Shown here: in pieces, positions 37,536-47,197 of the stretch
How the letters are laid out: the number at the start of each line of letters is the position of its first letter
How positions within the stretch are numbered: the first letter of the stretch is position 1
From: Minisyncoccota bacterium
Lineage (GTDB): Bacteria > Patescibacteriota > Minisyncoccia > Phycocordibacterales > Phycocordibacteraceae
DNA length: 64,000 nucleotides
Direction: 5' to 3'
NCBI GenBank assembly: GCA_028695415.1
Contig: JAQVIY010000003.1
Coordinates: 47,132 to 111,131 of the forward strand
Position numbers and translations under genes: made by a program
Notes under the pieces: model-generated
Databases searched by the model: none
What the model saw: the letters and a program-made list of their open reading frames with translations, nothing else
Told to the model about the DNA's origin: nothing

Positions 37536-38666
37536 ATGGATACTAAGAAAATATTGGCGGCATATAAGAAGCAGGGGGCGCGGGTAGAGACGAAAGCGCG
37601 GGTGAAGCTCACCGAGAAGAAGGACTTTTCGCTCTGGTACACGCCAGGCGTTGGTGTCGCTTCGCTCCACTTAGCGAAACATCCGAAGGACGCGCGACTG
37701 ATGTCAGTGAAGAAGAACAGCGTCGCTATCGTTTCTGACGGCTCTGCGGTACTCGGGCTCGGCAACATCGGCCCGTATGGCGCACTGCCGGTTATGGAGG
37801 GCAAGGCGCTCATATTTAAGGAGAAGGGAGGAGTGGACGCGTGGCCTTTGGTGCTCGATACTCATGACCCCGATGAAATAGTGCGCATTGTGAAGGCAAT
37901 CTCGCCGAACTTCGGCGGTATCAACCTTGAGGACATCAAAGCGCCCGAATGTTTTGACATCGAGAAGCGACTCACCGAAGAGCTTGATATCCCTGTGATG
38001 CACGATGATCAGCACGGTACGGCGATAGTGGTGCTCGCAGGGCTTATAAACGCTGCGAAGGTGGTGAAGAAGCCCTTCGGCAAGCTCAGAATAGTGATAA
38101 GCGGCGCGGGTGCCGCCGGCACCGCCGTCGCGAAGCTTCTCCTCGCCGCGGGAGCACGAGACATCATCCTCCTCGATCGTGCCGGCGCGATCTTTAGGGG
38201 TCGCGCGGGGCTCACGTCGCACAAAGCTGAGCTCGCCGAACTCACCAATCCGCGCAGGGAGGCCGGCGGCCTCGCCGAAGCGATGCGCGGGGCCGATGTG
38301 TTCATTGGCGTATCGGGCAAAGGGCTCTTGAAGGCCGAGCAGGTGGCGAGTATGGCGCCGGGCGCTATTGTCTTCGCTCTTGCGAACCCCGACCCGGAGA
38401 TACTGCCCGACGAAGCCTGGCGCGCGGGTGCTGAAGTCGTCGGCACAGGACGAAGCGACTTTCCGAATCAGATCAACAACGCGCTCGTCTTCCCGGGTAT
38501 CTTCCGCGGTGCGCTTGATACGGGGGTGAAGAAGATAACCACTGCGACCAAGCTTCGCGCCGCTAAGGCGCTCGCGGCGCTCATTACGAAGCCCTCTCCC
38601 GAGAAAGTAATCCCCGACCTCCTTGACCCGCGCGTGGTCAAGGCTGTCGCCGGCGCGGTACGTTAG
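37536..38666 (+). CDS. NAD(P)-dependent malic enzyme
   Basis: DGSAVLGLGNIG, PVMEGK, INLEDI, HDDQHGTA, GRSDFPNQINN. Confidence 0.95.
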   Translation: MDTKKILAAYKKQGARVETKARVKLTEKKDFSLWYTPGVGVASLHLAKHPKDARLMSVKKNSVAIVSDGSAVLGLGNIGPYGALPVMEGKALIFKEKGGVDAWPLVLDTHDPDEIVRIVKAISPNFGGINLEDIKAPECFDIEKRLTEELDIPVMHDDQHGTAIVVLAGLINAAKVVKKPFGKLRIVISGAGAAGTAVAKLLLAAGARDIILLDRAGAIFRGRAGLTSHKAELAELTNPRREAGGLAEAMRGADVFIGVSGKGLLKAEQVASMAPGAIVFALANPDPEILPDEAWRAGAEVVGTGRSDFPNQINNALVFPGIFRGALDTGVKKITTATKLRAAKALAALITKPSPEKVIPDLLDPRVVKAVAGAVR

Positions 38667-38839
38667 CGGCTGATGACAGAATCATAAGCACTGTATAGTA
38701 TATGGTATAGGAATACGTACCTTGAGCCGGTGTGTTCGCCACAGCAGAAAGGGGTTTAGCCGCTAGGCTCTTTTCTGCTGTGGCGAACCGGATTGCCGGA
38801 GAGCTGAACAGCACGAAACTGTTACGACGGAGGTTTGCT

Positions 38840-39331
38840 ATGAGTGAGTCTGTCACCGATATCGTCCATGTCGACCGTTCGGTTCCTCCGGTGTATCCGG
38901 GCTTGGTCAGGGACGTGCTCCATCCTGAGCTCGAACTGACCGGCCCTGCCGACTATCTGCTCAACAACCTGACACGGTACCGCTATGGTGCCCAAAAGAC
39001 CTACGGACAGGAGTTAGGCACAACGATCTACAAGCACCTCAAGGAAACCAACCGGCTTCCTAGTTGTCTCGGTCTCGCCGACCTTCAAACGATCCAGAAG
39101 TTTGACCTCGACGTGTTTCGGCGGTACTTCGCCGGTGAGGAGGTGCCCGGATGGAAGTCAGCCGTTCGAGACCTCAACGGTAACCGTGTCGTTCCGTACC
39201 TTATCGAGCGTCATGTCGGGGTGGTGCTGGAGTGGGGTTGGTTCGGCGGCAGATGGGGCAGTAACGGCCCCGCGTTCCGCTTCGCTTTGTACGTTAGAGC
39301 TTCATCCTCGAAGACTTTGCTCGCGCTCTGA
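38840..39331 (+). CDS. Hypothetical protein resembling DGR target proteins
   Basis: GGAGG SD; C-terminus VPYL...LEWGWFGGRWGSNGPAFRFA; hairpin downstream. Confidence 0.7.
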   Translation: MSESVTDIVHVDRSVPPVYPGLVRDVLHPELELTGPADYLLNNLTRYRYGAQKTYGQELGTTIYKHLKETNRLPSCLGLADLQTIQKFDLDVFRRYFAGEEVPGWKSAVRDLNGNRVVPYLIERHVGVVLEWGWFGGRWGSNGPAFRFALYVRASSSKTLLAL

Positions 39332-39470
39332 ATTTCTTATCTTCCCGCCCTGCATGGCAACATGCGGGGCGTTTTCATGTACCGCTACCGAGATGGTAGC
39401 AGGCGAGTACGAGGGAGATTGCCGCTCTTGCTCTTTTTTGCAAAATCGGGTGCGGTGATATACTCAAGGC

Positions 39471-40031
39471 ATGTCTACTACAACCATTGTTCTTGTCGTC
39501 TTAGCCGTAATCGTGCTCTGGGCTGTTTTTGCCTTCAACCGCCTTGTTTCCTTGGTAAATCAGGCGAAAGAGGCATGGGCGGATATCGCCGTACAATTGA
39601 AACGCCGGTATGACCTTATCCCGAATCTCGTCGAGACGGTGAAGGGGTACGCGACGCATGAATCGAGTGCGTTTGAAAATGTGACTCGTGCGCGTGCTGC
39701 GGCGATGGGTGCGACCGGCACGGCCGATAAAGCGCAGGCTGAGAACCAGCTCTCGGGTGCTCTGAAGTCGCTCTTCGCCGTTTCTGAAGCGTATCCGGAC
39801 TTGAAAGCGAATCAGAACTTCCTCCAGCTCCAGAGAGAGCTCGGCGACACCGAAGATAAGATTCAGGCCGCGCGCCGCTTCTACAATACGACCGTGATGA
39901 CCCTCAATACGGCAGAGCAGTCGTTCCCAGGCAATCTGATCGCCTCCTCCTTCGGATTCAAGCCGATGGATCTCTTCGAGCTCACTGCCGCCGATGCCGC
40001 CGCTGCTGAGCCGGTGCAGGTGCGATTCTAA
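39471..40031 (+). CDS. lemA: LemA family protein
   Basis: QLKRRYDLIPNLVETVKGY, YPDLKAN, ARRFYN. Confidence 0.95.
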   Translation: MSTTTIVLVVLAVIVLWAVFAFNRLVSLVNQAKEAWADIAVQLKRRYDLIPNLVETVKGYATHESSAFENVTRARAAAMGATGTADKAQAENQLSGALKSLFAVSEAYPDLKANQNFLQLQRELGDTEDKIQAARRFYNTTVMTLNTAEQSFPGNLIASSFGFKPMDLFELTAADAAAAEPVQVRF

Positions 40032-40041
40032 CTCGTACGTT

Positions 40042-40698
40042 ATGGTATCGTATGAAAGAACCAGAAAGGAGACTCCTGAGTCAGGCGAAGGACACGAGGT
40101 CTTAGAAGAAAAGATACGAGCGCTCGAGACCGAGAACGCGCTTCTGGAGTGGCATATTGAATACCTTGAAGAACAGCGAGGCATCGATACTCTGACGGGC
40201 GCAAAGAATCTCGGATTTTTCAAAAACGAACTCGAACAGGTTCTCAAGTTTGTCAGCGGAGAGGTAAAAGAAAAACGAATCGGAGCCGAATCGCTCGAAA
40301 AGGTCGTTCTTGTATATGTTGACCTCGATCACTTCAAAAATATCAATGACACCCTTGGTCACCCGACAGGAGATATGGTTCTCCAGAAGGTCTCCGCGGC
40401 TCTCATAGATTCTGTCCGCAGGTCTGATGTCGTGGCGCGCATTGGGGGAGAGGAGTTCGCGATACTGATGCGGAACACAGAGATAGAAGAAGCTCGAGAA
40501 CATATGGAGAAGCTCCGAGCGGAGATAGAACAGATGACCTTTGATGAATACCCCGACCTGAAGGTTACCGCGAGCTTCGGGATTACCTCCTCTGACACGA
40601 CAGACAACGCAGAAACTCTGCGGGCTGTTGCCGACAAAGCGCTTTATGCGGCAAAGCACGGCGGGCGGAATCAGGTTGTCGTACAGGAAGGGGAGTGA
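40042..40698 (+). CDS. GGDEF diguanylate cyclase
   Basis: DTLTG, DLDHFKNINDTLGH, RRSD I-site, RIGGEEF, ADKALYAAK. Confidence 0.93.
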   Translation: MVSYERTRKETPESGEGHEVLEEKIRALETENALLEWHIEYLEEQRGIDTLTGAKNLGFFKNELEQVLKFVSGEVKEKRIGAESLEKVVLVYVDLDHFKNINDTLGHPTGDMVLQKVSAALIDSVRRSDVVARIGGEEFAILMRNTEIEEAREHMEKLRAEIEQMTFDEYPDLKVTASFGITSSDTTDNAETLRAVADKALYAAKHGGRNQVVVQEGE

Positions 40699-40712
40699 TA
40701 TCTCATCACGTA

Positions 40713-41615
40713 ATGAATCTCTACGAACAACGTTCAAGCAACATTCGCCGCACTTGGGCGCTCGTGCTCGGATTTCTCATCCTCGTTATTGCGATCGGCT
40801 ATGCTATCGCGTGGTATTACGGAAATCCGTTCATCCTGTATGTCGCGGTGTTCATCGCCTTTGCGACCAACTTCTACGCATACTGGGAGAGTGATAAGCT
40901 CGTACTTTCGCTGAGTCACGCGCGGCCGGCGACTCGTGAGGAGTTCTTCGATCTCTATACCGTTACCGAGAATCTCGCGATAACGGCGGGACTGCCGAAG
41001 CCGAAGCTCTTCGTGATAGACGACCCGGCACCAAACGCCTTCGCCACCGGCCGCGACGAGAATCACGCGGTCGTCTGCGCGACGACGGGACTCCTCGCGA
41101 TGCTCTCTCGCGCGGAGCTCGAGGGCGTAATTGCGCACGAGCTCTCACATATCAAGAATCGCGACATCCTGCTTATGACTATCGCCGTGGTGCTCGCGGG
41201 ATTCGTCGCTATCGTCGCGGACATCTTCCTCCGCATGTCGCTTTTTGGCGGAGGGCGAGACAACGATAAGCAGGGGAACGCGCTTATCATGATTCTCGCG
41301 GTGGTCGGCATCGTGCTTGCGCCTATCGCGGCGAAGCTCCTTCAGATGGCGGTCTCGCGCCGACGCGAATTCCTCGCTGATGCCTCGGGGGTGCTCCTCA
41401 CGCGCTACCCAGAGGGACTCGCCTCCGCGCTCACGAAGATAAGCGGAGCGAATATCCCGATGCGCCACGCCTCGCACGCGACCGCGCATCTCTTTATCGA
41501 TGAGCCGTTTGGCAAAGCCGAGGGGAGCAAGCTCGCGTGGGTTGAGGGCCTGTTCGCGACCCATCCCCCGATACACGAACGAATCCAAGCGCTTCTCTCT
41601 AAACAGCAGGCATAA
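40713..41615 (+). CDS. htpX: M48 metalloprotease HtpX
   Basis: PNAFATG, HELSH, REFLAD, THPP. Confidence 0.93.
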   Translation: MNLYEQRSSNIRRTWALVLGFLILVIAIGYAIAWYYGNPFILYVAVFIAFATNFYAYWESDKLVLSLSHARPATREEFFDLYTVTENLAITAGLPKPKLFVIDDPAPNAFATGRDENHAVVCATTGLLAMLSRAELEGVIAHELSHIKNRDILLMTIAVVLAGFVAIVADIFLRMSLFGGGRDNDKQGNALIMILAVVGIVLAPIAAKLLQMAVSRRREFLADASGVLLTRYPEGLASALTKISGANIPMRHASHATAHLFIDEPFGKAEGSKLAWVEGLFATHPPIHERIQALLSKQQA

Positions 41616-41651
41616 AATATATTTTTCTGCTATAACACTTCCATACGCTAT

Positions 41652-41738
41652 GGAGGCGTCGGATAGTGGTTTATTCCACCACCTTGGAAAGGTGGCATGG
41701 TCGAAAGGCCATCGAGAGTTCGAATCTCTCCGCCTCCG
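41652..41738 (+). tRNA. tRNA-Ser(GGA)
   Basis: GGAGGCG/CGCCTCC acceptor stem, loop TT-GGA-AA, long variable arm. Confidence 0.94.
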
Positions 41739-41771
41739 CAAATGAATCCGTCGCAAGGCGGATTTTCATTT

Positions 41772-41915
41772 GCGGAGGCGAGCAATGTGCCTGCGCGCAT
41801 TGCGGGAGAGATTCGAAGACCTTGAGCCTGTCGTAGCGAGCCGGAGGCGAAGCGAGATGCGAAAGGTGTACTGAAACTGTAAGTTTCGAAAAGCGTAATC
41901 GCGGTCTCTCCGCCT
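41772..41915. repeat. tRNA-Ser-related structured repeat, copy 1
   Basis: Shares GCGGAGGCGAGCA, GATTCGAAGACCTTG, AAGGTGTAC and a 38/39-identical block with 45996-46282. Confidence 0.8.
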
Positions 41916-42059
41916 GAAGTTTTTAGTATCGGACTGACCCGAGAGCATTATTGTAAGCCGTTATTTGGAACGGTTCGAATCTCTTCGCGGTGCGATGGCG
42001 AAGGGATTCGAACTCCCACTCCACGAACCGCTTCGTAGGATACAATATAAAGAAGTACC

Positions 42060-43124
42060 ATGAAGAATCTTTTCATTCGTTCAAGACTCAATCCCATCAT
42101 TCGGCCGCAAGGCAGCGAATGGTGGAAAATCTACAATCCAGCGGCCGCTCTAGATGCTCAAGGTCGAGTACATCTTTTCCCTCGTGTAATGAAGCAGGAA
42201 GAGGATTGGCATTCGCGCATTGCACACGCGGTATCAAACGATGGTGAACGTTTTGAATGGGACAAAGAACCCATCTTGGTGCGACAAGAAAAAGATGAAA
42301 TGAGGGGGCTTGAAGACCCTCGCATAACACTCATTGACGGCACTTACTACATGACCTTTGCTGCTTACGATGGTAAGAAGGTCATGCTACATAGCGCAAC
42401 TGCCGAAGACCTTAATGGCCCTTGGCACCGGCGTGGCCCAATGGTGCCCGACTTCGACTTCTTCAAAAGTGGCGGCCGAATGGTGCGATGGGAGAAGGGC
42501 AAGCCAATCGAAAAGATGATCTCGAAGAGAGGTTCACATTGGTCAAAATCGGGTGCTCTCTTTCCTCAACGTATCGACGGCAAGCTCACGTTGCTCTTTG
42601 GAGAATTTTACATGTGGCTCGCTACGTCAGTGGATGGCGTGAAGTATGATGTCGAGACCGAACCGTTTCTGAAGCCGCGTAAAGGAACCTCCTATTTCGA
42701 CAACACCTTTATCGAGACAGGGCCACCACCCATTCTCACTGGAAAAGGGTGGCTGCTTCTCTATCACGGCATTGATGAAGCATTTCGGTATCAACTCGGG
42801 TTTGCGTTGCTGGATAAAGACAACCCGCGCGACATCCTCTACAGAAGCAGTGAGCCCATTTTCGGTCTGCACGAAGAGTACGAGGTCGGAGATGCCCTCA
42901 TCGACGTCATCAGTGGCGGTGTATCGGCCATGAGTAAGCTGAATGATGAAGAGTTGAAAACCTTCTACAAGAAAGCTCGAGAAGGAAATGTGATGCCGCA
43001 AGTAACTTTCTGTCCTGGCACAGTGCAAAAAGACGGGAATCTATGGCTCTATTATGGCGCGGGCGATACCTCAATTTGTACGGCTTGGGCGCCTCTGGAA
43101 GAAATTCTCAAGATTGCTTCCTAA
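42060..43124 (+). CDS. GH130-like glycosidase/glycoside phosphorylase
   Basis: YNPAA, GLEDPRIT, SKSGALFP, WLLLYHG, VTFCPG, YYGAGD. Confidence 0.85.
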   Translation: MKNLFIRSRLNPIIRPQGSEWWKIYNPAAALDAQGRVHLFPRVMKQEEDWHSRIAHAVSNDGERFEWDKEPILVRQEKDEMRGLEDPRITLIDGTYYMTFAAYDGKKVMLHSATAEDLNGPWHRRGPMVPDFDFFKSGGRMVRWEKGKPIEKMISKRGSHWSKSGALFPQRIDGKLTLLFGEFYMWLATSVDGVKYDVETEPFLKPRKGTSYFDNTFIETGPPPILTGKGWLLLYHGIDEAFRYQLGFALLDKDNPRDILYRSSEPIFGLHEEYEVGDALIDVISGGVSAMSKLNDEELKTFYKKAREGNVMPQVTFCPGTVQKDGNLWLYYGAGDTSICTAWAPLEEILKIAS

Positions 43125-43338
43125 AGATAGAACCCCGCCGAGATTCGAACTGAGCTGAGAAATAAAATCGCCATATTTTAAGCCATAGGCGAAGGTACGA
43201 CCCGAGAGCTTTCGTATCCCTTCGCCGCCGCCCGAAGTATTTAGTATCGGGGTGACCCGAGAGCCTTGTTTGGGACGCTGTCCGAAATCCGTCAAGCGGT
43301 GCCTTTTACGTTGAGCTATTTCAAGCTAAACTTTACGT

Positions 43339-43797
43339 ATGGATACTCGCATACAGGACTTGATTGATAACGCCACGAAGGAATCGAAGGGCATCTCTAT
43401 TTTAAATACTGCGGACCAGCTGGAGTCGTTCTATCTCTCAAACGTCGATAAGTATAAAGACTGGCGTGCCATCGCGAGTATCGAGGATTGGCTCCCGGTC
43501 AACCCAGAATTCCTTCAAGAATTCCGCAAGAAGTTGAGCGATAACGGAGTCGAGACTCGAGTTATCTTCAAAGAGAGCGGCCTCAAATATGAAGTTGCCG
43601 TTTTGCCACGTCGCCACGTAAAGGTCGTGCCCGATTCCTACAACTTCAAGAGCAGTATCGATATTCTCGACGACAAGATACTTATTATGAATCCCCACCA
43701 GACCGTCCTTGGTCTGGTTCTTGAGAGCAAAGTTCTTGTTGATGTATTCATCGACATGTTCGATATGCTCTGGAGCCAGCTCCCTGAAAATGCATAA
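43339..43797 (+). CDS. Hypothetical protein resembling the TrmB C-terminal domain, without an HTH
   Basis: KKLSDNGVETRVIF, IDILDDKILI, FIDMFDMLW pattern. Confidence 0.55.
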   Translation: MDTRIQDLIDNATKESKGISILNTADQLESFYLSNVDKYKDWRAIASIEDWLPVNPEFLQEFRKKLSDNGVETRVIFKESGLKYEVAVLPRRHVKVVPDSYNFKSSIDILDDKILIMNPHQTVLGLVLESKVLVDVFIDMFDMLWSQLPENA

Positions 43798-44593
43798 CCC
43801 CATGCACGAATACGGAAAGGCAAATTGGGAGAAGCTGTGGGAACAGCTTGAGCAACAAGGAAATGTTGGGATCGATTACGTCATCAACCCATATCTATAT
43901 CCCCGCCTAGTTTCGCTTCTCGCAGATCGCCCGAAATCTCTTGCTGCTGACTTCGGATGCGGTACGAATCTTATGGGCATACAGCTCCTCTTTGGTTATG
44001 CGCCTTCCATCCCTGCCTTTGAAGGATTACAGAATGTAGATCAAGCTCGTTTCAACACGCTTCTATATGTCGGTATCGAGGGCTCACAGACTCTTGTCGA
44101 CCAAGCGAATCGCTATCTTTCCGACGTCGGGAATCCCCGCAACATCGGCACGGTACAGATGCATATAGGGAAGGACCTCGAAAAGCTTTTCGATGACAAT
44201 ACGCTCGATGTATGCACCTCTAGAAACTTTCTAATGCACCTATCGCTTGAAGATCTCAAGGTGCATATGCAATACGTGGCGGACGCACTTAAGCCTGGTG
44301 GTTCATATGTCTTTGCTACCTTGAATCCGGAATACGAACTCCTAAAAGCCGGAAGGCCTCTCGCCGAAGGCGAGCGCTACGAATTCTCGCATGGCGCTCA
44401 TGGTGAATACGGAACCTTTTACCACTACTACAAATCCCGCGAGTTTTACGAAAGCACAATCCAGAAAAGGTTCACCATCGAAGAGACCGTCTCTTGCGTA
44501 CCCAAAACGGATCGTTTTCAGAATAGCCATGAGCGCTACTACGATTCGAATATTCCCATGGCTTACGTTTACAGCCTTAAAGTCAAGAAGTAA
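43790..44593 (+). CDS. Class I SAM-dependent methyltransferase
   Basis: ADFGCGT, LMHL, LKPGGSYVF. Confidence 0.8.
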   Translation: MHNPMHEYGKANWEKLWEQLEQQGNVGIDYVINPYLYPRLVSLLADRPKSLAADFGCGTNLMGIQLLFGYAPSIPAFEGLQNVDQARFNTLLYVGIEGSQTLVDQANRYLSDVGNPRNIGTVQMHIGKDLEKLFDDNTLDVCTSRNFLMHLSLEDLKVHMQYVADALKPGGSYVFATLNPEYELLKAGRPLAEGERYEFSHGAHGEYGTFYHYYKSREFYESTIQKRFTIEETVSCVPKTDRFQNSHERYYDSNIPMAYVYSLKVKK

Positions 44594-44805
44594 TTCTTCT
44601 AACCAGGTCCGATTATGTATCTATCGCGTCTACCGATCCGTGACCCGAGAGCCTCGGATAGGTCGGTCAAGACGCGCTAGAATACCCTTATGAACCTTCA
44701 CCGCCGGGGTACTTAACCCGAGTAGCCCGCCAGTAGTTTTGTGGCTTAGATAAAGGTGTTTTAAAATACAGAGGCAGAGGGATTCGAACTTCGCCGTATT
44801 GCGCT

Positions 44806-45804
44806 ATGAAAATCCTAGAGAAATTTAATGAAACAAAAGGGCCGGGATATGCCGTTACGGTAGTACAAGAAGGCAAAGAAATTTCTCATCCAATCCATGG
44901 ATATGCTGATCTTGAGAATTCAGTTTTAATTTCTGAAGCTACCAACTTTCGTCTTGCTTCAGTCTCGAAGCAATTTATTGCGGTCGCTGTCCTCGTTTTG
45001 GTTCAGAACAAGAAGCTAGCTCTTGAGGATGGCTTGCGCACCTTCTTTCGAGATTTTCCTGACTATGGTAAAGATATAACCCTTTACCAGCTACTCACCC
45101 ACACTTCTGGATTACGAGATTACGAGTCTTTATCATCTGGAAACACTTCTTCCCAAGTCCATGACGAGGATGTGTTTGTTTTATTGAAAAATGAGAAGGG
45201 TGGATTATTTGAGCCGGGTGCAAAGTACAGCTATAGCAACGGGGGATATTGCCTTCTGCGTCTGATTATAGAAAAAGTCTCAGGCCAAGATATCGGAAGC
45301 TTCATGCGCGAGCGTATATTCCAACCTCTTGGAATGAATTCTACCGCGGTGAACTTTGAGGGTGAAAGTATTATTCCAGATCGAGCGTATGGGTATTCTC
45401 TACAGGAGAATGATCAATGGATTCGAACCGATCAAGACAAAACGAGCGCAACTATTGGGGATGGCGGTATTTATTCTTCCATTGTCGATATGCGGAAATG
45501 GGATCAGGTTTTATACACTGACATCATAATGGTACATAAGCACGTTCTCACTGATGAGGGAGAGGGAGTATATTATGGTTTCGGTCTTTGTCTAAAAGAG
45601 CATAACAACAGAAGGGTCGCATACCACGGCGGAAGCTCGATCGGATTTCAAACAGGAGTTTACTACCTATTGGATGAAAGGATGAGTGTCGTATTTCTTT
45701 CGAACAGGACTGGCGAAGAAGGGTCATCAATAGTTGAACAGCTTGCCGATGATTTTCTAGCGACTAATGTGTATAGAGATATACACGAAAGTAAACGATT
45801 ATAA
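44806..45804 (+). CDS. Serine hydrolase, beta-lactamase class C-like family
   Basis: ASVSK (SxxK), LLTHTSG, YSNGGY, HGG; no signal peptide. Confidence 0.88.
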   Translation: MKILEKFNETKGPGYAVTVVQEGKEISHPIHGYADLENSVLISEATNFRLASVSKQFIAVAVLVLVQNKKLALEDGLRTFFRDFPDYGKDITLYQLLTHTSGLRDYESLSSGNTSSQVHDEDVFVLLKNEKGGLFEPGAKYSYSNGGYCLLRLIIEKVSGQDIGSFMRERIFQPLGMNSTAVNFEGESIIPDRAYGYSLQENDQWIRTDQDKTSATIGDGGIYSSIVDMRKWDQVLYTDIIMVHKHVLTDEGEGVYYGFGLCLKEHNNRRVAYHGGSSIGFQTGVYYLLDERMSVVFLSNRTGEEGSSIVEQLADDFLATNVYRDIHESKRL

Positions 45805-45995
45805 ACGCAAATTCTCAGTAGACCCTTTGAGCAAAAGCTGGAATCTCGAATAAATCAGGCTTTTCTTGGTGAATTTGTATTAGTTTTCGTATAATCCTAT
45901 CAACATTGCTGTAGTTAAGCCGTTTCTTAGGTTCAAAGTTGTGCCAATCATCACCGCCGATACAAAAAAGAGCGCCGTTGAGGCGCTTTTTTTGT

Positions 45996-46282
45996 CGGCG
46001 GAGGCGAGCACGCCTGGGAGGCGTGCGTGGGGGATTCGAAGACCTTGCGGATAATTCGCTTCTTTCTAGAAGCGAATTATCCGCAAGGTGTACGCCGAGA
46101 TTTTAAAGGAGCGGAGCGACTATAAAAATCCAAGTGCAGTTTCGAAGAAAGCTGCCTGAAGCTGTATGAGTACATACAGCTTCTTCGTTCGGCGCAAAAG
46201 AATGATCACCCCATCATTCTTTTGACCTCACTCATCGCTGTAAGTTTCGAAAAGCGTAATCGCGGTCTCTTCGCCTCCGCCG
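45996..46282. repeat. tRNA-Ser-related structured repeat, copy 2 (MITE-like)
   Basis: 12-bp terminal inverted repeats CGGCGGAGGCGA/TCGCCTCCGCCG and several internal hairpins. Confidence 0.8.
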
Positions 46283-46391
46283 GAGGTATTGACAGAGAGT
46301 TTTTATATATGTTAGTATAAGACGAGATTTATTTTTGGGCTATCGTGGCTCAACAACGGCACATTCCAAACTCAAAAACAGGAGACTAGAC

Positions 46392-46970
46392 ATGGTAGAA
46401 GGAAACTTGAAGGCGGCACTCGAAGCCGTCACTGCTAAGGATGCTCCGTGGGGAGCCTGTGTGCGTTTCCTTGACAGCATCGCCTCGCTCGAAGAGCTTG
46501 AGCAGCTCAAGAGTTTTGGCGGAGGTAAATGCTTCATAGATCTCGTTGGGTACTACGAGGAGAACCTTCGGCGATGGAACAATCCGCAGTTGCCCGAAGA
46601 CTTCGAGGAGCGGTATCCGTTGGTCGCTAAACGTCTGGACACATCCGAGAAGATTCGTATCTTCTTGCGTGGAGCAGCCTTCCGCGCCGTCGATCCTATG
46701 ACGATGGGCGATGTCTTCGAAGACATCCTTCGTCGGCACAAGAATGGCGAGAACAGAATCGTCTACCGAAGGTATCTCGGCGACCAGTGGTGTGACGCGC
46801 TGCGCATCGTTTATCACACCCAACTGCAAGCCTGGACGCTCACCGAGCTCCTCTTGCCCGAGGCGAAAAGCATGGGCATTTCCTCCAACGAAGGACTCTT
46901 CATCGACTGGCGGACGAAGGAGGAGAGAAAAGCGGTTGGCGGGCGCTGGCCGTTCTCAACCTCGACGTGA
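46392..46970 (+). CDS. Hypothetical protein
   Basis: AGGAG SD, TTGACA promoter at 46289, terminator hairpin downstream. Confidence 0.65.
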   Translation: MVEGNLKAALEAVTAKDAPWGACVRFLDSIASLEELEQLKSFGGGKCFIDLVGYYEENLRRWNNPQLPEDFEERYPLVAKRLDTSEKIRIFLRGAAFRAVDPMTMGDVFEDILRRHKNGENRIVYRRYLGDQWCDALRIVYHTQLQAWTLTELLLPEAKSMGISSNEGLFIDWRTKEERKAVGGRWPFSTST

Positions 46971-47197
46971 ACCGAGGAGAATGTTCACACCAAGGCACTC
47001 ATGGATTTTGTCTATCTGAGTGCCTTTTCTTTTTGCATTTCAAGGGAGCAACCCCGTCGTTTTATAATATTTCCTCAAAACGGCGGGGTTTTGTACCACG
47101 ACCGAAGGGAACGGACGAGGCGCGATTCATTCCTTTCGTTCAAAATGAGTTCGCGCAAAGGTTAATACATCACCGCAAAACACGCTAAAATGTGCGC

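Noticed and set aside
39160-39290. Second VR served by the local TR
   Set aside because: Many mismatches at non-adenine TR positions; only loose peptide similarity
44806-45804. Functional beta-lactam resistance gene
   Set aside because: Generic serine-hydrolase motifs and no signal peptide; activity cannot be inferred
41739-46282. CRISPR array or extra tRNA genes in the spacers
   Set aside because: Repeats are irregular and separated by whole genes; T-arm fragments lack full cloverleaves
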